A stretch of DNA of 64,000 nt from Klebsormidium nitens (GCA_000708835.1 DF237268.1:1-64000); one strand, 5' to 3'; numbered from the stretch's first letter, positions 10,801 through 22,782 are shown. Translations and numbers: made by a program. The notes: generated by a model from the sequence alone, not told the origin.

Positions 10801-13202
10801 TTTACTCCCATGTTTACTTGAACCCTTCGCCTGACGGACCTTAATGCCAGACAGGAACGTGTGACTCTCGGTGCAGGCTCAAGAGGTGTACAGCGAGCTG
10901 CGGCTGGCGGGCGCAGAGGGCCTAGCGGATCGCGTGGGGTTCCACCTGCTGGGGGGCGTGGAGGAGGCGAAGCAGCAGTATGCAGCGCACAAGGCGGAGC
11001 GACGTCGGCAAGTGACGGTGGCGGTGCGGGCGGAAGAGTTGGGGGCGCTGGAGACGGGGAAAGGGCTGGCGCGTGCGTACCAGGAGGACGCGCGCGATGT
11101 GAGCCACGGCATCCTCAGCCGGCGCGACCTGGAGGTGCGCAAGGCGTTCATGACGCTCGAGGAGGACGAGGTGGCGCCCAAGCTGAAGAAGCCGCCCACC
11201 CACGACGAGGAGGACGCGGCCGCTGCGCAGCTGGCCCTCACGGCGTCACCGCCCCCCGCGCCCCCGGCCCCGGCCGTCAGCCAGTTCGACCCGTACGCTC
11301 TGTTCGCCGTGCGAGCCGCCCAGGCGGGGCTGCTGCCGCCGTTGAAGCATGACGACGGGACGGTGCTGGTGTCGGAAGCGGCGCGCGCCAGGGCGTTCCA
11401 ACCGTCCCTGAAGCAGCTGCGGCTGCAGCGCGAGGAGGAGAAGAAGAAAGCGATGGGCATCGAGTGAGTGCACCAGGCCCTGCACTGCGTGCGCAAGAAG
11501 GTGGCGCAGGTCTGCCTCTTGCTGGCATGCTGACAGTGCATGACAACGACTGTGCTCGATTCGGCACCCATGCGAAGATCTGCCCGTGGCAGGTACTTCA
11601 CGTCAGGCGCTGCTTCGGGCCACCACGTGGGCCCTCAGGGCGGGCGCGTGTTCCCGCCCGACGACGAGTGGCGGCCCACGCTGGGCCCGATGAGCGTCGA
11701 CGAGGAGGTGGACGCGCTGGCGGCGTACCTGCGCACGCAAAGCGAGAGCGACTACCTGCACATGAAGGCAGCCGACATCCAGTTTAACCGCGACCCCGTC
11801 ACATGGGACATGACCTGGGACGACATCAACGTCTGTGAGCCGCCCCACCATGAGACGCTTTTCGTCGCAGAGAAAATTGTGATATTGAGAGCAGTCTCTG
11901 CGAATGCGGGGCAGAATGGGAGGCGTCGGGTTGACATTGTCAGGACCGTCAAACGCCTTGCCTTGCGTGGTCTCATGTTTCAAACGGACGCAGGAGGTGG
12001 AGTCATGACTTCCTCCGGGTCTCTGGCTGCGGCTCCTCGGGCGGCCCGCCACACTGCGCGCAAAGCTGCCCCCATAACCTCGCGCTGCCTTGTTGCATGT
12101 GCAGACTTTGATGGCGACTCCCGCATCGAGATCGACAATCTCATCAACGCCCCAGACGAGAAGCTGAGCTTTGCTGGGCCCGAGTGGGAGCGACCGCAGA
12201 GCGCCTGGGAGTTCATCCACACGGTCAGTTCCGCCCGTAGGCCTTGGGTAGCCGAATGCGGCAAAGGCCAGCTTGCGCAGGCTCCAGAAACCAACTTGTT
12301 TGCTGTTTGGAAGCAAGCGAGAGCCCGAGCGGCAAGAAGATGCCTTGTTGCAAGCATGGTCTATTGTTGCATCCCTTGAGAGCACGTGGTCTTGCTGTGA
12401 ATGGCTGGCCTCACCTGCTCTGAGCGTATTGGTCGCCCCTTGCAGATTGGTCGCCTCTTGCCCCCTCAGCCCGACATCCCCGAGACTGTGGAGTACCGCA
12501 GTGTGCCCAAGGTAGGCCGCCCACACCCAGCGGGTCTCCTCAGAAGCCGTCCGAAGCATGTCATGCTTGGGCGCCTAAACGTTTACACACCAGTGTCGGC
12601 AGAGGCAGCTGGGTTGTGGGCGAACTTGGATCACGCTCCCGCAGCTTTGGTTCGAAGTAGGAACGAGCGGGGAGAGAAGCGCCTGGCCGGGCAAATCTTC
12701 AATCAAGGCGTACAATCAAGGCGTACGATTGTCGCGGGCGCCTTGCTCCTGTGCGTTGCTATGGCAGGCATTTTGCCGTCCTTGCTGGCGTTATACCGCT
12801 GACCCCGCGTCGTGTGCTTGGCTGCAGTGGGAGCGCGAGTGGGGCCCTCACCCGCCGGCCATGCTGACGCCCGAGGACGAGCCGCTGGCGGTGCCGGCCG
12901 TGGAGGAGGAGGAGCGCGGGGAGGCGGCCGCGCTGGAGCTGGCCGAGGACGTGGGCGACGAGCTGGAGGACGACGAGCTGGAGCTGGCGCTGCCCAAGGG
13001 GGCCTTCGCGGAGGAGGACGACGGCGCGATAGCGGCAGGGGCGGGCGGCGCGCAGGGGGTCGACGTCAAAAAGTTGCTCAAGGGGGCTAAGAAGGAGTTC
13101 TCGCCGCGAAAAGGATCGACGGACGCGCTAGATAGATTAAATATCAAATCCTTACCGGACGATCTAGAGCTATTGGCCTCGGAAGATGAGGACTACCGAT
13201 GA
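7801..13202 (+). CDS. Large acidic protein whose C-terminal part resembles pTAC12/HEMERA/PAP5 (plastid RNA polymerase-associated protein); 5' exons uncertain
   Basis: Phase-compatible exons at 8684-8983, 9210-9832, 10877-11463, 11593-11834, 12105-12224, 12446-12511 and 12828-13202. Candidate first exon 7801-7888 is Ser-rich and transit-peptide-like. The spliced segment ARAR...RLQREEEKKKAMGIEYF...TQSESDYLHMKAADIQFNRDP...DDINVYFDGD...NLINAPDEKLSFAGPEW aligns with the recalled Arabidopsis HMR sequence. Confidence 0.62.
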
Positions 13203-14531
13203 AAGGTTGAAAGGCTGGCGACCAGAGTAACCTCCTCAAAATTTTCTAGCTCCGCCCCACACTTTCAGAGTGACAGTGGCTCACTAAAGTAAATGGGGAA
13301 TGTAACGTTCGATCTAGCGCCCAGCCGCCGTGAGGCGCGAACCGCGATCGAAGACATGTATAGTAGGCATTGTGCCGCATATCATGGATTCATAATTCTA
13401 GCTGAATGCATGACAACAATTGTCAGAAGCGTTCGCAATTCCAATCAAGTATAGATAATTGTCATGAATGGTTGTCATTTAACCGACAGTACCACTTGAA
13501 TACCCGGTATGAAGAGTACCTTATTCTTCATGCCTGCAATATTACATGGGTTTTTAATTCAATCAAGGGCATCATTGGTTGTATATCATGTATTCGAGTT
13601 CATCACATCAACGTACCTACAGGCTCAACCCATGCATATAGCCCATTCATGCGATGATTGCGCCGTCAAATGGGGGCCGCCGCACATGGGAATCAATACA
13701 CAGATCGAAGTTGCGATTCACAACCGAACTGGCTATAACCTCTATGCGCGTGCCACCGTATGAGTGACTGTGCCAGATATGGTTACAACTTAATTCGGGC
13801 CGCGTATAATCATCATTTTTTCCCCCACCTTCTCATGACCGTGTTGGCATCACCGAAGTTGGCCGCTCATTCGATGTGGTGAGGACTTTCTTCTTTTGTC
13901 GCTTGTGCTACTGCCGTTCATTTCCATTCCCCACTCTAGTCTCGAGCATTGCACGCCGTATGTGATACTGACAAGCTGCCTAAGGACTTTAGCCCCAAGC
14001 TCTTATCCCAGCTGCTCAGGCCTGATTTGAATGGGCCGGGGATGGGCCGCCTTTGCTTTGCTTGTTCCGTGTGTGACCTTTGCATGTCGGCTGGAATCGG
14101 CAACCAGCACAAGCCCCTGCACAAGCCAAGAGCACAAGCCCATAGCGTCTGCAGCCTGCAAACTAGTGTTTGGATTTGTAAACCGCCGGTTCCTTTTTCC
14201 CCTCCAAAGAAAAGATCCCCAAAGCTTTGAAGTACGGGGCAGGGGTTTTTTAATGGTCCGGCGTTATGCACTTCCAACCTAGTTTGCCATCATAATGCAC
14301 AAGCCACGAGAGTCTCCTGCCTACCATGTTCAACCTACCCGAATCGGCGCTGCAAGATTCCAAGGTATCCTGATCAAGTTGAGAACAAGTATAAGCACAA
14401 CTGAAATTCCAAGGACATTGATGAGAAGCATTGTAAGCAGGACTTGTAGCGTTGATGCGGTGTACTACGGACCTCTGGTAGGTAGGCATAGGCTAGCCAT
14501 CGCAAAGCAGAAGAGGACATACACAAACTCA

Positions 14532-14972
14532 TACATGTATGCCATGAGAAGCCTATGGCCTATTTGGCTACGGCAAGAACGAAAAGAGACCATCATTGCA
14601 TATCACACTGTGATCCTTAAAGTACGTTGCATGCCAGTGTGACGTGAAACTTTTCTCTGCCCTAGGCTGCATGCAGGCTGCATGCAATTAATTCAATGTA
14701 TATGTCTTAAGCGTCAGATCGTGTAATGACAGTGACCGGCAAGCCGCTGAGCGTTGTCATGCATCTCGGCAACATATATATAGCATGATACCGTGCAAGT
14801 GACCGCGGGCAGTACCGTGCCTAGTGACACATTGCAGTGTAGAGTGCGCGGCATGCTCAGCTGAGGCCGACTCGATGGTCTCTTTTCGTATACTCGCCAT
14901 AGCTCGATGGTCTCTTTTCGTACTCGCCGTAGCCAAATAGGCCATAGGCTTCTCATGGGCGGCATACATGTA
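14532..14972. repeat. Inverted pair of a dispersed ~60-bp repeat (other copies at 23477, 32726, 43527)
   Basis: 14532-14594 is the approximate reverse complement of 14903-14972 (TACATGTATGCC..CATGAGAAGCCTATGGCCTATTTGGCTACGGC.AG.ACGAAAAGAGACCATC). Confidence 0.85.
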
Positions 14973-15020
14973 CTCGATCGGAGCTCGCGTTCGGTCGGCC
15001 GCCGTGGATGGTTGGATCCA

Positions 15021-15293
15021 ATGACGGAGTCGACTACAACATTTCTAAGATCGATTTTAAATATGCAAGTGGTACAGTATATGGCCGAAGCGCTAGGATA
15101 CATCATGCATCACAACGTGGTTGAGCACGTGAACGCGGCCACAGAAAATACCCGAGCTATTGCGGAGGCTGCGGCGGCAGAGTTGGCGGCGCGCGCGGAG
15201 AACGCGCCCGGTCAGATGAACCAGATGGACCTCATGCAGGACATTGCGGCGCTCGTCTACCAGCGCTTCCTGAAGGGGAAGAACCCGGAGTAG
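15021..15293 (+). other. Small intronless ORF of unknown function with a decayed paralogue at about 43890-44060 (-)
   Basis: TRAIAEAAAAELAARAENAPGQMNQMDLMQDIAALVYQRFLKGKNPE aligns with TRAIAAAAAEALPRRPTIDNAP..DNMQE.LAKFIYDRLVKGKNQD in the second copy. Confidence 0.5.
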
Positions 15294-16170
15294 GCTTGAT
15301 AGAGTCTACTAGATTAGTTCAGACCATATCCTCTAGGGTGATGCACCGTAGAAGCCATCCCGCCGTAGTCATTTGCATAGCTTGTAGGTCATACACATAC
15401 ATTAAATCCCGTATGCATGAGATCGTAGATGGATCGTAGATTTGAGATTGGATTGAGAGTGATTTGCATGCCATCTAGCTAGTAAGACATTGGACATGAC
15501 TTGCAGCCGTAGCAAGCTGCAGAGTCAACTCATTGTACCGTCCCGGTCTCACCGGCAGCTAGACTTTGCCCGATGGCTCTATGTGGCTCAGGGCGTTAAT
15601 AAACCGTAAGTTACCATCACACCATATGATAGTACGTAGGTATACGGTAATCGTATCGGGTGCAACTATTAATGGATCATTCGCTTTAGTCCGATCTTGA
15701 CCGTCTCGCGCGCGTGCCACAATCGTAAATGAAGTCTAGAAACCAGGACGGGCGGCCCATATGTCACGCAAGTAAAAATCCGAGTCCATGATCGGTTTTT
15801 GAAAAGAGAACATTGAAGATTGTGCTTCATGCCCCTACCAAAGTGCCAAGCTGAGTGGGTTGATAAGGGCGTTGGTAAGCGAGAAATTATCGTCAGTACA
15901 TCGAGTCGTCCTTTGCCGGACTCACACTTAAGCTCTTAATTATTACATGAATTCAAGCCTAGACTAACTAGGGATCAATTTGCTTGCACCTTCTCCACAC
16001 TCTGTACAAACTTCGCTTGACAATAAACAGTGTATCAACTTCCTCACATTGAACGCTGTATGCGGGTAGTATACAACATCGTACAGGCCGCCTCGTCATG
16101 ATCTCGACCAAGTGGTCACATATGTGCATGCCCACTCTACCGAAGCTGACCTACCTAGACCCTAGTCAAC

Positions 16171-19100
16171 TTACATGTCCTCATTGGCACCACCTAGGGC
16201 TATGACGTTGAAGTTCAAAGCATCTGAAGACCGTGCGATGGATTTTTGAACTACCTTAGCGGAATCCTGCAAGAGATGAAGGGAACTCAACATTTCAAGA
16301 GAGATTGCCTTCGACCTGCTTCTTGGGTGTCTTCGACCGCTGTTTTTACATCAATGCGTGAGTATGCATGCTCATTTCATGCCCATTCCTTGCGTCCCAG
16401 TCCTCATGCAAGCCTGCAACAGGTCCCGCAGTCTGCAGCTGCTGCGCTCACCTGCAGTAACGTGCTGGGACTGCTAGGGCCATGTGGAATCGGGAACGGC
16501 TTCCGTCCATCCAGCTCGTAAAGGGTCCCTGCAATGACCACAGAAAGGTCGATTACATCCAGACCAGCGGCCAACGGGACTCTCTTTCTGCATCTGTTGC
16601 TGAACTTCATCCTCAAGTTACTTTCGATTTAAATCCTGACCCGATTCAGGCCTGAGGCCAGCACGCAGTGCCCCGAGTATCCTGCAGCAGTCCACTGATT
16701 TTGCCGCCAAGGAAAGCTGTGGAGCAAAATCAAGAGCACGAAATACCTGGCCAAAGAAACGCACAGCTACATCCAGATTCAGACTTCTGGCGACCCATGA
16801 CATGTCTACAAGTACAGCTACGACTGATATTCCCTTTGCCTAGCAATGTAACAGTACTCCTGGGGCTTTGCAATCTGCTAACGAACACCAAGGCATCTGA
16901 ATTTGCCAATCCGCAGTCTGGAAGCAAAGTTCAATTCCATGAGGCACACGTTTTGAATCTTCAAAAACTTCTACAGTAGCCAAGACATGAATTATTTTTG
17001 ATGATCGGTAGAAAACTCTGCCGAATCTCATTGCCAAGGCTAAACATGCCGCAGCTTCCAGGGCCGATGCATTTTACCAAAATTGCTAGTGCAATTTGAC
17101 AAAGTGCTTGATAAATGGCCAGAACCAAAGCTACGAAGAAGCCGTGGGTCTGTGACTCCGTTCAGAAGCCCTTTGTCAAAAGCAGTGCTTCCAGGAGCGC
17201 CTCAGACCCTCACTGCACGTCTAGATTGTTCCGCCCCCCTGCAATTGCGAGTTGCTGCGCCTCTTACTCCGTGAGGGGGCTGCGAGGGATCCCCGGCGGC
17301 AAGCATTGAGCAGGAGTGATACTGACTTAGTTGCGCTTACCTTGTTTTTCAACAAAGCAGACAAAGTGGAGGTTGACAGGGTCGTGCCGATCAGGGGCCT
17401 GCACCACAGATAGCCATAAGATACCATGGGTTCCTAGCACAGCGCTACTGCTGGGCACAAGTGGCCACCGCTGTGGGGCAGAGTGCAGGCGTTCATCTGT
17501 GTGCGGTTGCTTAGCCCCTACTCTCAATCAGGGCGATAGTCCGCCGCATGGAACATCGCAAGTGGCACAAAATCCCCATGAAGTCCCACGCCTCTGCAGC
17601 GGGCGCCCTCAGGTTGGGAGGAGCGCACACCCCCTCCCCCCCCCTTCCTTCCCCCTGCCTGCGCCTCACCTGGGTGTCCCCTGTGGAAGCGGCTGACTCA
17701 TGCGCCCCTTCCAGCTCCTGGTCCTCCTCCAGAAAGTGTGCCCGCTGAACGGAAGGACGGCCATCATTCAGAATTTGAAGAAGGCTGGGCAGTCGAGACG
17801 GGAAAGTCTAGTGCAAGCATGCGAAATTGAGGCTTTGTACCTGCAGCCCGTCATGCCCTGAGCGTCGATGCAAGTACACTGGAGCTGACCGGAACCTGCC
17901 ACAACAATCAGCCTGTCGAAGGAGCGGGTTGTTTTGGCAGACCCTCAACGCAGTCAACCCAGCCTTTTGACAAGTCCATGGTGCCACGCCCACAACCAGG
18001 CACCAAGAAGCTCTCCTGGTGGCTCACCTCCATGGGGCTCATTGCTGCTGTCTTCTCCTTGAATCTCTCCAGGTACGACCCATGGCCTGCACACCCAAGA
18101 CACAAGGGTCCACGTTGGCAAGCATCGAGAAGGGGCTGCACATCCCCAGGTTCATCTCCTACACAGGTACACCAGCGCAAGCTTGCGCACATTCCGCTGG
18201 GCAGCACGGTGGACTCCGACCACGGTGGTGGCGATGGCGGTGGTGGTGGCAGTGGCGGGGGCTTTGCCGGTGGTGGTGGCGATGGTGGTGGTGGTGGTGC
18301 TGGTGCTGGCAGTGGCGGTGGTGGTGCTTGCCATCAGGCAGCGGGGGTGCCCTTACCTGGTGGCACCGCTTCTGCATTATTCAGCAGGGCGTGCAGCAGC
18401 CCAATCGTGCCGCACGCGTTGCCCACTGTCTGCCGCAAGAAGTAGACACTCTGGCCAGCGCCCGCCCCTGCGCTGCTCGCAGCCAGGTCCTTGATTTCAT
18501 CAGCATCGGCGGCGTCTGACTGCGGCAGAATGCGATCAAGGGGCTATGGTACGGGTGGTTGAGGAAAGCCCAGCGTCCAAAACCAGGCTGCCTCTTTATC
18601 TAAACGCTGGACATCAACCTTGCCCCTGTTGCTTTGGTAAAAGTTGCCCGCTAAAAGCAAGGCGGTCGATCAAACGAGTTGCCACCCTTTGGGCCACTTT
18701 CACCCAGTTGCTTTTGTAGAACCACTCTTCGAGTTGATGACTAGCTTGGGGATAGGTGAAGATTCAGGAAGCTTAGAGTAAAAGCTATCAGGCAAGGGAT
18801 TGAAGCCTTGTCTGAATTGACCTGGCCTAAAATCGGCTAGCATAGTGAGGTAGACCTTTTGCCCCCTGAACCCTAATCCTAATTTACCCTCTCCCTCAAT
18901 CACAGCTAGAGCAGACGCAGAACAAGGAGCAGTGCTGAAACAACAATGATGCTGCCGTAAAGATGAATCCGCTCCAAAAAAAGCAGGGCGCCAGCATCCC
19001 AAACTCCTGCTCACTTGCTCGGTGATTGGAAACAACAGGAGGACGGCTCGCACGGGCTGCGGCACCATGGCCAGCAGGTCGGGGTCCAGGCCAAACACAT

Positions 19101-19370
19101 CATGAAAGGCGGCAGAAGGAGGAGCGCCAAGCCGCCGAGCAAACTGCAAGTACCCACTTGGCCAATGAGACATCCTTCAATGTTGTTCAGAGATGGATAG
19201 AAGCAGGCGGTCCAGTCTGACTGATTGCAAGGCTTTCTAAAGGCTTAATAAAGCAATCACATGCAGACTTCTGGAGAGTTTTTGCAACTTCGACAGCGGT
19301 CACTTACATCGTTCATAACGTCCGGATTCGCCTCCAAGGGGAGCCATTTGCGTCCAGTATCCTCCTCCAT
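16171..19370 (-). CDS. UCH3: Ubiquitin carboxyl-terminal hydrolase, peptidase family C12 (UCH-L3/UCH3-like), 8 exons
   Basis: Exons give [21 protein letters not shown] / [27 protein letters not shown] / [15 protein letters not shown] (Cys) / LHFVCF (His) / LYELDGRK (Asp) / [10 protein letters not shown]...stop. The catalytic triad is intact. Confidence 0.95.
18224..18327. repeat. Degenerate (GGT/GGC)n trinucleotide tract inside a UCH intron
   Basis: GGTGGTGGCGATGGCGGTGGTGGTGGCAGT... lies between exons ending at about 18357 and starting at about 18089. Confidence 0.8.
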
Positions 19371-19956
19371 TGCCATGCACTCAAGCTGAGCGACAAGGCG
19401 AATATGACGAACAGTAGCTTCCTGTCTCAACAGCAGCCGGAGTGCAATTTAAACTGCGCTATTCTTCAATGTTCACCGCGCATAGGCCTAGACCTAGAGG
19501 CATTCATGAAATTCCCTTTGCAGCTTGGAGTCGGACCACCTGGCACCTTCCCGAGTCCATCTTCATTTTGCAAATGTAGAGCCGGGTGGGTTAGCGCGTT
19601 GCCTGGTTCAGTAAACCCGAATCCATACAGGGCTGCAACCATTGGTTGGAGTCACCTTGTACAAGATAACGCGCTGTGTATACCGTCCGATCGAGACTCG
19701 CGGCACAACTTCACCTTCGATCTGTGCACAGAAACAGGAAAAAGCCGATTTCACTGGATGAATGAGGAAACCACCTTAAGGAAGCAAACCCAGTCTTGAA
19801 CATTGCCCAGGAAGACGCTCTGCTGGACGTCTCCGCCTCAGGTTTCTGCTGAATCCCTGCTTCACTCTTGACGCAAGCAATTCAACCTTCTGCATCTTGT
19901 TCGTCGCGACCCAGTTTACAGTTCCAACTTTTAGCAAGACGTACGCAATTTAAAAA

Positions 19957-21410
19957 ATGGCTGCTGTCGCTGCTGTCTCTTCCCGGGCCCTGGCCGCTCC
20001 TAGCTGCGGGCTGCGTCAGGTGAACCGGCTAGACAATGTGGCCCCCAGCCATGCGGCGGTGCTGCCGCGGGTGGCACAGAGCAGCAGGGTGGTGTGCCTA
20101 AACCCGTCCATTGTCATCTCAGGGTCCACCGCGCTGTCACTGGTGAGTGGACGCGGCAGACGGAGCAAGCGACCTGAAAGTTGCACTGGAGAAGCAATGC
20201 CATCTGGCCTGCATGGTTTCAAGCACCTGGCCCAGAATCTTCAATCCTGCTAGGATATGGCAAGTGGATTCAACCCATTGTGTCTGCCCTGTGCAGGCTT
20301 TGGGGAGGTTCGCGTTCCGCCCTTTCTGGAAGAGAACAAACGAGGAGCAAGGGCGCCCAGTGCAGGTCAGAACATGCGGGCTTGGATTGTGACTGGTCAG
20401 CATAGGAATTGAAAGGGCAATCCAGTTGCATATAAACTGCGCCCACAAGCATCTTGTCTGTCATTGCATTTGCTGATGGTCAGACCAGTTCTTGTAGCCA
20501 ACCAACTTGTAGCACACTCGGCCTGGGTAGCACTTAGTCCAGTTGGCCCTTCTTGAACAGTGTATCCGTGTCTTCCAGACTGGACTTATCATCTCTCAAT
20601 CGGCAATAGTTGCCTGCATTGGAAAGAGTACAGACGTAATCGTCGATGAGCCGTCCAATTGTGAATTTTCAGTGTCCACATTGTGGGGGGACACTGTTGC
20701 TGTGTTTGGCTTCCAGTCCCAGCCAGCTGTCACTTGGATTGTCATCTTCTTATGCCTATGCACTAAAGAGGCTTTTGCTCTGCAGAACGGTGTCACCCAC
20801 GAGGACGCGGGTGACTCCAGGGCAGCTGAGGTCTCGTCTGTGTTGAAGAGCAACGACCCAGAGGGTTTCAGTGTTGTCGAGGTAAGGGCCAGCTGCTCCC
20901 AGTCCGCTGCTGAAGGACCCGTATTCAAGTGCTCACCAGAGTCTGCGGAGAAGTGGGGATGCAGGACCTAAGTCTGGGCATGTGTCTTGTCCATGAGATG
21001 TTCACGCTCTCTCGTCCTTCAAACCTGGGGTTTGCCGCAGTAGCAAGCGCCGCCCATCCAAATGGGTTGGCGCAGCATTGCAGAACCTCCCCTCTTACGC
21101 GCCTCACTCGCCTCCAGGTCCTCGCATGGGGTGCCATTGGCCACGCAATTGCATACTTCATTCTTGCAACTGCCTCCAACGGGTGAGTCTTGCTGATGCG
21201 CGTGATCCACATGAATCTTTACCCTTCAGACACTTGATCATGGATGCGCTCGCTGTAGCAGGCATGGTCTTCAAAGTTCTGTTTGTAGAGCAGTCTCTTG
21301 CAAAATTGTGCGCCGGCAATATCTAGACCTCATACCAGGACCGAATGTAGTGCCTGATTGTGACTGGATTCGCGGCTTTATTTGGTTGCAGGTATGAGCC
21401 CAAGTTTTAG
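19957..21410 (+). CDS. PSAG: Photosystem I subunit G (PSI-G), 5 exons
   Basis: Transit peptide, then LNPSIVISGSTALSL / ALGRFAFRPF / NGVTHEDAGDSRAAEVSSVLKSNDPEGFSVVE / VLAWGAIGHAIAYFILATASNG / YEPKF-stop, all with canonical splice sites. Confidence 0.96.
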
Positions 21411-22345
21411 GGATCTGTACAATCTGAACAGCGCGAGTACTTGAGTCTGCAAGGAACACGATGTGGGCTGCTCTTCTGGCAAGCAACTCAGTCAAGTTGC
21501 TGTTGAGAAGAGAGCCGAATCAGTGGCGCCAGCTTAGTTGATGCTATTTGCGACGAACATTTAAGACTGGAGCTTGTGTACATGTATAGAGACTGGTGCT
21601 TCATACAAGCAGTTTGTGATTCTCTGCAAGTGAATACGTCTTGGCAAGCCTGAGCTCTTGATCAAAAGAGGAATGATCATCTTGGTTGTAATCATAATCG
21701 AGTTTTGCTGCACAAGAAATTCTTTCACACTGAGCGAAGGGAAGTGTGTCAATTGCCCGTCGCGGCAGTGAGTTTCGGCTTGTGAAAGTCAAAGCAAATC
21801 TACCACAGCGGAAAGGTAACCCATCTAGACTGCACATGTCACGGAACCGTGCTTGTGAAGCGCCACGACTCTTTGGCCATATATAGACTGATTGCTTGAT
21901 GGGCGCCTTCCAAGCCTTGCTTTGCGGCCTTTCCATTCTGGACTTTTATGGGAGTGTTTGCGCACCCGTCGTCCCGCACCAGCCTTTTCGTGTTCATATA
22001 GTGAGCCTGTGAGTCAAGAATATTCCGACATGTGCCAGCCTGCGTGTGAGTTCACAGTAAGCACATTGCATGAGTTATGCTAGGCTACTAGGCTATTGCA
22101 AGTACGTACCTCAAGATCCAGTCACTCTGCTAGCGAGTTGATACAAAACTTGCTCCTCAATGCATATTATAAGATGCGTGTGGCAGTAATGCGCGCGACC
22201 TGTGTATTTCGGAAGCTAGGTACATGTAGTAGTACCGTGCTGCCTGTCGAAACATGCATGTATATATAGCATGGCTGCCCGGAGGCTTTGTTTTGTACAA
22301 GTATACTTTCGAATTGAATGCAGATCACTTGTATACAAGGACGTA

Positions 22346-22782
22346 CCGTCACTTTGAAGTGGCACCCGGTTAGGTATTTAAGTACGGCACTTTGGCTTGA
22401 GGGTCACAAGCCCCCCCCCCCGGATCCCGGCCTTGTTATCACAAAAATGGTCAAGGCCCCGAGCCAGTTGTCCACCAACCGGGCCGGCCACAGGTTTGAA
22501 GAAAAGCACTGTCATATACATGTTTTTGCCTCTTTTTCACGTTGAAAAGTGTATTTTTGTAGCATTCAAGGGGTAGATGTTCGCATCATTCTGTGGGCAA
22601 AAGGAGGATAAAATAGCATGTAAAAGAAGATTCTGCACCAAAGACCCGGCTAGGGCTGCGCCCCAAGTTAAAGGCCTCAATTGAAGCCCCTTCCCCCTCC
22701 GGCCCCACCTTCAGTTGGATGAAGCAACCCAAGGCCCCCCCCCCAACAGAATACCTAAGGGGGTGCCACTTCAAAGTGACGG
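22346..22782. mobile_element. 437-bp MITE, Tc1/mariner-like, ~33-bp TIRs with TA target duplication
   Basis: Left end is TA|CCGTCACTTTGAAGTGGCACCCGGTTAGGTATT; the reverse complement of the right end is TA|CCGTCACTTTGAAGTGGCACCCCCTTAGGTATT. Confidence 0.88.

Noticed and set aside
8553-12559. Long antisense and alternative-frame ORFs (e.g. 9078-9911, 10879-11601, 11603-12559; similarly 28568-29752, 29788-30678, 40111-40782)
   Set aside because: They overlap GC-rich exons of recognisable genes. Stop-poor shadow frames are expected at this GC content, and the products are low-complexity.
18152-18445. Gly-rich, His-rich and Thr-rich ORFs
   Set aside because: These are translations of an intronic trinucleotide tract in the UCH gene.
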